The notes: a model not told the origin generated them from the sequence alone. Shown: positions 29,493 through 36,509, counted from the stretch's first letter. The stretch: 64,000 nt of DNA from an uncultured Alphaproteobacteria bacterium (GCA_963825835.1 CAWGVA010000010.1:26990-90989); one strand, 5' to 3'. Translations and numbers: made by a program.

Positions 29493-29786
29493 AAATGCAT
29501 GGGCTGGGGACAAAGAAAGCCCGACCTGGACACAGGCCGGGCTGAACTAGACGGGTCGGCTGAGTTGGGTATGCTCGCCGACTAAGAATTGAAATGTCGC
29601 TGCCAACCTGCGGTTCCCGACCCTAGTTAGAGAATGCGCGTTTCGTTCGATTTCGATGCCAACAAGTCACAGTAACGAAAATTGGGGTTTTCTATTCCCT
29701 CAAAAGCCGCATTGCGGGCGATTCGGACGATGACGACTGCCAATCTGTTTACGTCGCGCGGCTGCGCCTAGCGGTGCAACAACTCA

Positions 29787-29863
29787 GTTGAACGGGAGGG
29801 GTGAGGGTGCCGGGTGTATACCGTGGATTAGGATCCATAGCCTCCCCCGGTAAGGCAGGTACC
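29787..29863 (+). repeat. Island hairpin element, copy B
   Basis: GTTGAAC-GGGAGGGGTGAGGGTGCCGGGTGTATACC-GTGGATTAGGATCCATAGCCT-CCCCCGGTAAGGCAGGTACC. Lies between convergent gene ends. Confidence 0.7.
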
Positions 29864-29910
29864 TTTCAGCCTCCTGAGCGGCCCGATGATCCCTTGGCCG
29901 AGAACGCCGC

Positions 29911-30147
29911 CTAGTGTGCCGGGGAGAGCGGCAGACTCTCGAGGGCAAGTCTCCGAAGCTGAGCCGGATCAGTTACACCAGCAGCAGCAAGCTCGACGAG
30001 CTTCCGACTGATCTCGATGCTAAGGCCCTTGGCTCTATCCGCATCAAGAAGGGGATCATGCGCTCGCATTACCAACCAGATAGATTCAAAAGCTTGCGCC
30101 AACTCAGTAACCAGTTTCGGATCATCGAAAAGATTATGAGGGCTCAT
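29911..30147 (-). CDS. Hypothetical small protein
   Basis: 78-aa ORF with strong SD (GGAGGGAAGAA-ATG) and helical, natural composition. Confidence 0.55.
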   Translation of the reverse strand: MSPHNLFDDPKLVTELAQAFESIWLVMRAHDPLLDADRAKGLSIEISRKLVELAAAGVTDPAQLRRLALESLPLSPAH

Positions 30148-30205
30148 TTCTTCCCTCCACGAAGGTAGTCACCAAAAAGGAAGCCCTACCGGGCGGTCAT
30201 TGGCG

Positions 30206-30586
30206 TCAGTGAACTGCTTCGGAGACCGCGTGAGCCAATGTGTCGCGATACACCGGCTTAGAGAGCACAGGCGCTCCGGGAACCACGTCGTGAATGCGTT
30301 CTAGCGTGCTGTCGTCACTGTGAGCAGTCACAAAAACGATGGGAACGTCACACACTTCCTTGAGCCATCGCGCGGTTTCAATTCCGGTACGAGCTCCGCC
30401 GAGATATACATCTATTACTGCCACGTCCGGCGGATTGCTCATCGCCAACTCCTTAGCGTCCTTTTCGTTTGATGCCACATTGCAGACGTCGAAGCCCAAC
30501 TCATGCATCGAAGCTTCCAAATCGAATGCAATCAGAAACTCATCATCAACGATTAGCGCCCGACGCGAGGACAGATCTTGTGCCAT
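30206..30586 (-). CDS. Single-domain response regulator (CheY-like receiver)
   Basis: LIVDDE acidic pocket, phospho-acceptor context VAVIDVYL, FVTAH and LSKP conserved positions. No output domain and no kinase nearby. Confidence 0.85.
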   Translation of the reverse strand: MAQDLSSRRALIVDDEFLIAFDLEASMHELGFDVCNVASNEKDAKELAMSNPPDVAVIDVYLGGARTGIETARWLKEVCDVPIVFVTAHSDDSTLERIHDVVPGAPVLSKPVYRDTLAHAVSEAVH

Positions 30587-30702
30587 TGGTCACCTGGATT
30601 TTTGGCGTGCCAAACTTCATCAACGCGCTCGGGCAACATTGGTGCCCGCAGCCACAAGATTTTCCACAGACAAGTCGGATGGAAGGCCCTCTCGTTGGGG
30701 CA

Positions 30703-30900
30703 TCAGAGCGCCCCGAATAAATTGAATAGATCAGTCATCGAGGCATAATGAGCCGTTTCTGGCTTCGCTGCCTGTACCATTGGGCCGCTGACCTGAGTCA
30801 GCGAGGTCCCTAGCGAGAACAGTGTTACAAGTCCGGCGAGAACCCACGCCACGAGTGGTAAGCGCGTCTTCACCGGAAGAGTGCCTACGATCTTGAACAT
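30703..30900 (-). CDS. Small hypothetical membrane protein
   Basis: 65 aa with one TM (LPLVAWVLAGLVTLFSLG). Upstream of, and co-oriented with, the receiver gene. Confidence 0.4.
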   Translation of the reverse strand: MFKIVGTLPVKTRLPLVAWVLAGLVTLFSLGTSLTQVSGPMVQAAKPETAHYASMTDLFNLFGAL

Positions 30901-30955
30901 GGCAATTCTCCCTCGATGTGCCCGCGTGTCCCTCCCGGTTACACCCTCAGGCCGC

Positions 30956-31017
30956 GGGGGGGCTGTCGGGGGTGTACGGTGGATTAGGATCCATAGCCTC
31001 CCCCGGTAAGACAGGTA
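30956..31017 (+). repeat. Island hairpin element, copy C
   Basis: GGGGGGGCTGTCGGGGGTGTACG-GTGGATTAGGATCCATAGCCT-CCCCCGGTAAGACAGGT. Confidence 0.7.
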
Positions 31018-31159
31018 TATCGTTTAGGCGAGGGACCAAACCTGCAAGCTAATCTGCGACTTTGCGAGGGTGCCACACGGACGAGCGGATCTTTATCGGA
31101 AGTCTATATCGAGACACAGCCCACAGCATCCCTCATACGCGATCGGTGCGTCTAAAGTA

Positions 31160-31234
31160 TTGAACGGAGGGGAGGTGGGGGTGCCGGGCCATACCGTGGA
31201 ATAGAAGCTATAACCCTTCCCCAATCGGACACCC
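31160..31234 (+). repeat. Island hairpin element, copy D
   Basis: TTGAAC-GGAGGGGAGGTGGGGGTGCCGGGCCATACCGTGGAATAGAAGCTATAACCCTTCCCCAATCGGACACC. About 80 nt upstream of the PAP2 ORF. Confidence 0.65.
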
Positions 31235-31314
31235 GTCACTGTGATGCAATAACCGACGACCAATCTCGACGATAAAGCCAAAGCTTTTTGTGGTGCCCGG
31301 ATGGCAGCGGAAGC

Positions 31315-32700
31315 ATGGGTATGAGTTCTAAGCAGGCATTTGCTTTAAAACGATTTGTTATGGCGGTCTTCCCCGCTGCCTTTATCGCTGCTGCTGCACT
31401 CGCAGCACCTGGCGAAGCGACGCTGACCGTGACCAACCTGAATGCGCTGCACGGCCTCGTTTCGCTGACCACGCTGGGCAATACCGATGCCGGCAGGGCG
31501 GCGCTGGTAAGCAACTTCACCATCACGGGTGAAATCCAGAGTGGAGTGGCCCACCAGCCGCTCCTGCTTTCCTTCCCCGATCAGCAGCAGCAGGCGCTCC
31601 GCGACGCGCTCATCACCGGGGTTGCCTATGAACTGGCCGACGGACTCGGTAACAAGCTCGGCGACGCCTATCAGACGACGATCAGCGCCGACTGCAAAAC
31701 CTCAATCTTCACAAGCAAGTTGCCGGCGGTCGCTCGCCTGATCGGATTTGCCAACGCGACATCACATGCCGATTCAGATGCGAGCAAGTACTTCTTCGCC
31801 AACGGAACGCGTGACGGCGGGAAGCCGGTTTCGGGAGAGGTCAAATTGATCCTGACCGAGGTCAGCGGCACCACGGACGTCTTTGGCAGGGCCTATGGGC
31901 CGCCAGTGGGTAGCGATAAGGCCAACCCTTTCGGCAATTCCCGGCCATTCCAGACCGAGCCGCACTTCACGAAGTACGCGGGCAAGGACTTCTGCGGCTC
32001 CGAGACCACGAACACCGACAATCTCAAGCATTTGGCGGCGAATCCCGCCTATCCCAGCGGTCATACTGTCTATGGTTACATGGAGTCGGTTCTGTTGGCT
32101 TTGCTGGTGCCGGAGCGGTATCAGCAGATGGTCACCCGCGCCGCCGAATACGGCAATGATCGCATCGTGCTCGGATCTCATTATGCGATGGACGTCTTGG
32201 CTGGCCGGACCCTGGCCTTATATGACCTCGCTCAGCTGCTGGCCAACAAACCCGGTTATGTCGGCGTGAAGCGGGAAGACGTGGAGATTGGCGATTTCCC
32301 GAAGGCACTAGTGGATGCCCGCGCCGAACTGGCTGCTGCTCTCGAGAAGGCTTGCGGTGGCAAGATCGCCGACTGCGCCGGGCAGGATCAGAGTCGCTTT
32401 GCCGATCCGGCGATGAGCAAGGCTTTCTACGAGGCCACCCAGACCTATGGTCTGCCTGTGGTATTCGCGAACAACGCGCAGGCCCCCCACGACGTCGCCA
32501 AATTCGCGCCGGAAGCGGGCTATCTGCTGACCGCTGCTTTCCCCGACCTCACGCTCGCGCAGGCCGATGCTATCCTGACGCTAACCCAGGGGCCAGGTGG
32601 CGGCTTTCTCGACGACGGCTCAGCCTTTGGCGTTTATTCGCGCCTCGACCTTTACAAGGCGGCGGCGCGCGCTGCGGCATTCTTGAGAGACCGAGAATAA
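31315..32700 (+). CDS. PAP2-superfamily phosphatase / vanadium-haloperoxidase-related exported protein
   Basis: Signal peptide (FVMAVFPAAFIAAAALAAPGEA). Motifs ...FGNSRPF, YPSGHTVYGY and DRIVLGSHYAMDVLAGR (R-x5-H-x3-D). The ORF is open from 31288. Confidence 0.7.
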   Translation: MGMSSKQAFALKRFVMAVFPAAFIAAAALAAPGEATLTVTNLNALHGLVSLTTLGNTDAGRAALVSNFTITGEIQSGVAHQPLLLSFPDQQQQALRDALITGVAYELADGLGNKLGDAYQTTISADCKTSIFTSKLPAVARLIGFANATSHADSDASKYFFANGTRDGGKPVSGEVKLILTEVSGTTDVFGRAYGPPVGSDKANPFGNSRPFQTEPHFTKYAGKDFCGSETTNTDNLKHLAANPAYPSGHTVYGYMESVLLALLVPERYQQMVTRAAEYGNDRIVLGSHYAMDVLAGRTLALYDLAQLLANKPGYVGVKREDVEIGDFPKALVDARAELAAALEKACGGKIADCAGQDQSRFADPAMSKAFYEATQTYGLPVVFANNAQAPHDVAKFAPEAGYLLTAAFPDLTLAQADAILTLTQGPGGGFLDDGSAFGVYSRLDLYKAAARAAAFLRDRE

Positions 32701-32784
32701 CACGCCGTGGGAGGAAGTGGGCCTAACCCCCGGCGGACACCTCGCCGCCCATGCTTTCGGCTCCTCGTCTAGAGCAACGAATGA

Positions 32785-32852
32785 GTTGAACGGGGGTGAG
32801 GTGGCTGGGGGCGTACGGTGGAATAGAAACGAAACCCCGCCTCCGATTAAGG
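32785..32852 (+). repeat. Island hairpin element, copy E1 (more diverged)
   Basis: GTTGAAC-GGGGGTGAGGTGGCTGGGGGCGTACGGTGGAATAGAAACGAAACCCCGCCTCCGATTAAGGG. Confidence 0.55.
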
Positions 32853-32924
32853 GTCGAAGGGGGTGGCGGTGCCGGGGGTACACCATAAAAAGGTACCATC
32901 AGCCCACCCCCCATGCGTGGGTCC
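32853..32924 (+). repeat. Island hairpin element, copy E2 (tandem with E1)
   Basis: GTCGAA-GGGGGTGGCGGTGCCGGGGGTACACCATAAAAAGGTACCATCAGCCCACCCCCCATGCGTGGGTCC. Tail ATGCGTG is shared with copy A. Confidence 0.6.
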
Positions 32925-32959
32925 TGCCGCACCGCCAAAGCCAAGTGCCAGTTCATAAG

Positions 32960-33739
32960 TTACCGACCTGTGCCCTTCTCAAATCGGCGATCATTTTCGG
33001 AAGCAACGGCCAACTGCGCTGGCTTGAGCGTTTCGCGCGGCTTAGTGGCGAATGCAAACAAAGCGTTGACGAGAAACGAGGCCACAATGCTGCACAAAGC
33101 CATGATCACATAATGATGGCCGGAGAAGCCTTGTCGCGCGATATTCGTTAGCTTGATTGCTCCGGGAATAGACTCACCTCGTGAGCTCAAGGCACTCAAC
33201 GAAGCCTGCCAAATCCAATCGGCAAAGCGCAGAAGCGCGGCGTAGGTCTCGGGCACGAGGGCGTTGAATGTAAAGAGTGCCACTGCCAGCACCACCGTCG
33301 CCGGCACGCTAACCAGGGCTATGGCAATCCGTTGAAGCCCGCTGCGCGTTCCTCCGAGGACCCAGTTTAAGGGGATGCCGACAAAAATGGTGGCGATCAC
33401 GATCGCTGGGATGGAAAGCACGACGTGAGTCATGTTTACGCGTTCGCGCAGGTGATTAACCGCTATTTGTCCCCAATAGGAACCGGAGACTAACGAATCC
33501 AACCAGTTTGTTATGGAGCGCCCGATATCAAAAGCCAAGGTGATGACTGGCTCTAACTCTCGATCATAAACGACAGAGAGGACCATCATCCCGAGCATCA
33601 GTGCATAGCTTATGCCGCCAATGCCGATTGAGACGATGAGGCGTCGGACCCACGCGAGCATTGCATTCCCCCAACCGCTGGCTCTAACGCCCTCGGTCAA
33701 ATCCCATTCTATTATTGTTCGGCTCTCAACAAGCTGCAC
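32960..33739 (-). CDS. Hypothetical polytopic membrane protein
   Basis: 259-aa ORF with about 6 hydrophobic helices. No family recognised. Confidence 0.55.
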   Translation of the reverse strand: MQLVESRTIIEWDLTEGVRASGWGNAMLAWVRRLIVSIGIGGISYALMLGMMVLSVVYDRELEPVITLAFDIGRSITNWLDSLVSGSYWGQIAVNHLRERVNMTHVVLSIPAIVIATIFVGIPLNWVLGGTRSGLQRIAIALVSVPATVVLAVALFTFNALVPETYAALLRFADWIWQASLSALSSRGESIPGAIKLTNIARQGFSGHHYVIMALCSIVASFLVNALFAFATKPRETLKPAQLAVASENDRRFEKGTGR

Positions 33740-33827
33740 TGCACGGGCCGCTTGGAACTTTTAGACCCAGCGACAGTTCACGGCTCAAATTCGACGAAAC
33801 AGCCACTGAAAAAAGCGGGTCGTGATT

Positions 33828-33971
33828 ATGCCTCTAAAGAAAGGTTCGTCACACAAGACGATTAGCTCAAACATCAAAACTGAGATGAAGGCAGGCAAGC
33901 CACAGAAGCAGGCGGTCGCCATCGCTTTAAAAAAGGCCGGCAAGAGCAAAAAGTCCAAACGGTCGAAGTGA
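33828..33971 (+). CDS. Small basic protein (DUF6496-like), below the ORF-track length cutoff
   Basis: Read directly as [47 protein letters not shown]. The [12 protein letters not shown] core is typical of that small-protein family. Confidence 0.5.
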   Translation: MPLKKGSSHKTISSNIKTEMKAGKPQKQAVAIALKKAGKSKKSKRSK

Positions 33972-34066
33972 TCAGCACCGCGACCGACTAGAGTTTGTGC
34001 GACTGACTAGACGTACTCGCATTGCCAGTGGGCGCGAGATGACACCTGGTTCTCCATGGGTCGCCA

Positions 34067-34303
34067 TCACCGTTTTGTGTGCCACCGATCGTACCGTGCT
34101 TGCAGACGCGGTGCGATCAGCCAGGCTATAGGCGCGGCTAGAATAAGGCTCGCTACGACCACGACGGGAATCCAAATATACGCGTTGGTGCTGAGTGCGG
34201 GCACATTCAACACCGTAATTATTGCCGCGCCGAAAATGACTGCATTCGTCATTGAGTAAATCAGAACAGCGATTCTCAGTCGGTTTCTCATTCCGGCTTG
34301 CAC
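34067..34303 (-). CDS. Small hypothetical membrane protein (2 TM)
   Basis: 78 aa and hydrophobic. In tandem with 34310..34498. Confidence 0.4.
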   Translation of the reverse strand: MQAGMRNRLRIAVLIYSMTNAVIFGAAIITVLNVPALSTNAYIWIPVVVVASLILAAPIAWLIAPRLQARYDRWHTKR

Positions 34304-34309
34304 TACTCT

Positions 34310-34498
34310 TCACCCGCGCGCTCGGAGCGGCCAAATCTCGCTTACGACTATCGCGAGCAAAGATGCCGCTATTGAAAGCCACGCCAATTCAATCCAACGC
34401 ACGTGACCCGTAATCATTGCGAATACGGCTCCGATGGTCGCTATGAGGAGTGCCAAAGCCGCAATCGCGCACAGTATGAAAATGAGAGATCTGATCAA
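34310..34498 (-). CDS. Small hypothetical membrane protein (2 TM)
   Basis: 62 aa and hydrophobic. Ends 6 nt before the next ORF start. Confidence 0.4.
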   Translation of the reverse strand: MIRSLIFILCAIAALALLIATIGAVFAMITGHVRWIELAWLSIAASLLAIVVSEIWPLRARG

Positions 34499-35188
34499 CT
34501 CTAACTCCGCAGCGTCGTATTCACCAACAGCAGGGGTGCGGTTTGGGGGGCCAACAGCAGCGAACTAAAACACCCGATCCTATCGCGGTTTGAATCGTCT
34601 TGGCGGTGCACAGGATAGCCAAACGCCGGTTAGCACGGGGACTCTTACCGCCGCCTTGTTGGTTCTCTGTCTGTCCAGCCTCGTCGGCGTTTCTCGTCTG
34701 CAAGCCAACCGAGTTCCCGAGCTTTCTCAGTTGCTCGCCTTAGCCATGAGAGTGAACTCTTGGGAAGTGACCCGAGCCTTATGATCATCCTGGCCAAAGC
34801 CACTGAGGAAACATAGGCCACGCGGTATCAAACCAAATCTTGTTCGTAGGCCGTGCCGGGCATCTTCACTATTATCCTACGAAGGGTCTCCTGTACCTCG
34901 ATGTGAAGATCGGGAGCCTTGGACATGGCTGGCACTTTCATGGCCCCCAATTTCAACGCTGGGAGCGGTGCGTCGTCGGGGCCGCCGACGCTATTTCAAA
35001 CGGTCTGTCAGCATCGTAGTTCCGCGTCAGCACCGACCGAAGCCGACGGGCGCAGACCGAATAGACCGCCCAGATTTACGATAGCAGGGGAACGCGGAGA
35101 CGATCACCGCCGTTGTGGTTCTAGCAGCCGCAAGAAGTCGGCTGGGGTACTGGGGATTGTGACGCTCGGGTTAAACGGAGGGTGTAAC

Positions 35189-35296
35189 ATGGCCATCGCC
35201 CCGACAAACAAGCGCGAGGCAGATGAAATGGCACTCAAGCTGTCCTGCTTGCTCGCGTTCATCCTGGTTGGCTTGATCACGGCTGGGGTGCTTTAG
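35189..35296 (+). CDS. Possible 35-aa membrane peptide
   Basis: GGAGGGTGTAAC-ATG and a C-terminal TM (LSCLLAFILVGLITAGVL). Followed by a 10-bp GC hairpin at 35309-35339. Confidence 0.3.
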   Translation: MAIAPTNKREADEMALKLSCLLAFILVGLITAGVL

Positions 35297-35636
35297 ACTC
35301 AAACAGAAAGCCCCGGGGCACTGCATGTCCCCCGGGGCTCTGATTAGGAGTGCGGGTTACCGTGGTCTCCGCCGTTCACCGAAGCGAACTAGAGCGGCCA
35401 CCCCGCCTCACGGTAGATAGCACTGTTCGGTAAGTATGGCTGTGCCCCTGGCGCCACTTCTTCGATCAAAAAACGCGCCGAAGCCGAACGCTTGCGTCAT
35501 GGTCGCCGTCTTTAACGCTAGGCCCGTGTCTGGGTGGGGCCGCCTCAGGCGTGCGAAAATGCCCGTCCGTCCTTACTATGTCGTTACTGGCTTTGGTCTG
35601 CCAACTCGCGATTTAAGCCTAACTCGTTGTTTTTAT

Positions 35637-35712
35637 TGGCGCGCCTGGAAGGGCTCGAACCTCCAACCTACAGATTCGAAGTCTGGTGCTCTATCCGTTG
35701 AGCTACAGGCGC
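35637..35712 (-). tRNA. tRNA-Arg, anticodon read as UCG; atypical (C-U mismatch at the top of the anticodon stem)
   Basis: Minus strand reads GCGCCTG-TA-GCTC-AACGGATA-GAGC-A-CCAGA-CTTCGAA-TCTGT-AGGTT-GGAGG-TTCGAGC-CCTTC-CAGGCGC-G-CCA. 76 nt. Confidence 0.75.
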
Positions 35713-35736
35713 CTCGCCGCGCGGCAGCCTATCAGC

Positions 35737-36186
35737 CTATTGGCAATAGTCCCAATAGCCGCGCGTCATTGACGGATCGGCCCAGTACCAGCAGAGATTG
35801 GGTGCCGGCGCCACTGCCGAATAGGCCGCCGCCCCGAGAACGGTTCCGAGCGCCACGCCGCCGATGACGGTGCCGTAGTAAGGCTGCTTGTTCCAATGCC
35901 GGTAGGGTCTGACCACCACGACCTTTTTGTTGTTCCAGTTCTTGTTGTTGTTCCAGTTCTTGTTGTTGTGCCAATTCTTATCCTTGCCGGCGAGGACGAT
36001 TACGCCGTCGGCCTTCGCCGATTCGCTCGGCAGAGCCTGCTTGGCCGACCCCGCTGCCGTCGTGTCGCTTGGGACGCCGGCCGCAACCGGGCCGATGGGC
36101 ATGGCAATGCCGAGAGCAAGGCCGAGTATAAGCGCAGCAATGGCAAAGGGACCGAAGCGTCTCGAGTTCAGTTCGTCATACCCCAT
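35737..36186 (-). CDS. Exported low-complexity protein with (K/N)NW(N/H)NN repeats
   Basis: GGAGGA SD before the ATG at 36186 and a signal/TM segment. Contains KDKNWHNNKNWNNNKNWNNKK and a Gly-zipper-like VIGGVALGTVLGAAAY. C-terminus is CWYWADPSMTRGYWDYCQ. Confidence 0.55.
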   Translation of the reverse strand: MGYDELNSRRFGPFAIAALILGLALGIAMPIGPVAAGVPSDTTAAGSAKQALPSESAKADGVIVLAGKDKNWHNNKNWNNNKNWNNKKVVVVRPYRHWNKQPYYGTVIGGVALGTVLGAAAYSAVAPAPNLCWYWADPSMTRGYWDYCQ

Positions 36187-36509
36187 GATGTTCCTCCGGG
36201 TTGGATGCTTGGCGAGCAACGTAGCTCACCCGAATCTACACTTGGCGACTTAGGTTCGGCAGTTGGGGGCAGCTCCCCGCTACCGAGACTGAGCTACGAG
36301 GCGAGCAAGGCGACATTGTGATGGCGGGGAACGGCTCAAATCGGGGCGCCCGGATTTTGGGCGGCAGGGTCAAGCGACCGGGGCAAGACCGGAAATCTCG
36401 CTTTACCTCCCTTAAGACCTTGCTACAGTGGAGTTATCGAACCATTGCCGCGGCCAAGCATGTGGGAGCCTGAAGTAGGCGGGTGCCGCGGACATAAGGG
36501 CTGAACATC

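Larger units (their letters stand above)
23253..35636. mobile_element. Degraded integrative genomic island between two tRNA genes
   Basis: Bounded by tRNA-Gln and tRNA-Arg, with an integrase pseudogene and a terminase-like fragment. Mostly hypothetical small or membrane ORFs. Spot G+C count is 29/60 at 25441-25500 versus 39/60 at 12001-12060. Confidence 0.65.

Noticed and set aside
29787-29793. GTTGAAC at the head of copies B and E1 (TTGAAC in D) fits the integron attC core GTTRRRY.
   Set aside because: In an attC the GTTRRRY core is at the 3' end and needs an RYYYAAC partner 50-130 nt upstream. None was found. Flanking genes are in mixed orientation and there is no integron integrase.
29788-29825. 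TTGAAC as the -35 of a sigma70 or ECF (EcfG GGAAC-N16-17-CGTT) promoter driving the elements.
   Set aside because: The distance from GAAC to any -10-like TATACC or CGT is ~23-26 nt and varies between copies. The paired G-arm starts immediately after GAAC.
30971-31000. Repeat core resembles the antisense of the tRNA-Gln 3' half (GGGGG..TGGATT.G.A.CCA), suggesting serial att remnants.
   Set aside because: The inner loop is 4 nt (TAGG), not a 7-nt T-loop. The TTCGAAT signature is absent and the similarity is only short G-runs plus TGGATT. It remains an untested possibility.
27626-32924. Could the six repeated elements be a CRISPR array?
   Set aside because: Copies are 0.1-2 kb apart with genes between them. 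They are 60-75 nt with diverged arms rather than identical 28-37 nt repeats. No cas genes are present in the window.
32717-33151. 144-aa + strand ORF (and 32620..32886 and 32723..32956 on the minus strand) across repeat copies E1/E2.
   Set aside because: They translate the G-rich and C-rich repeat arms (GGEVAGGVRW.., PPPPSTLNRRRG..). There is no SD, and they overlap the end of the convincing membrane-protein gene 32960..33739.
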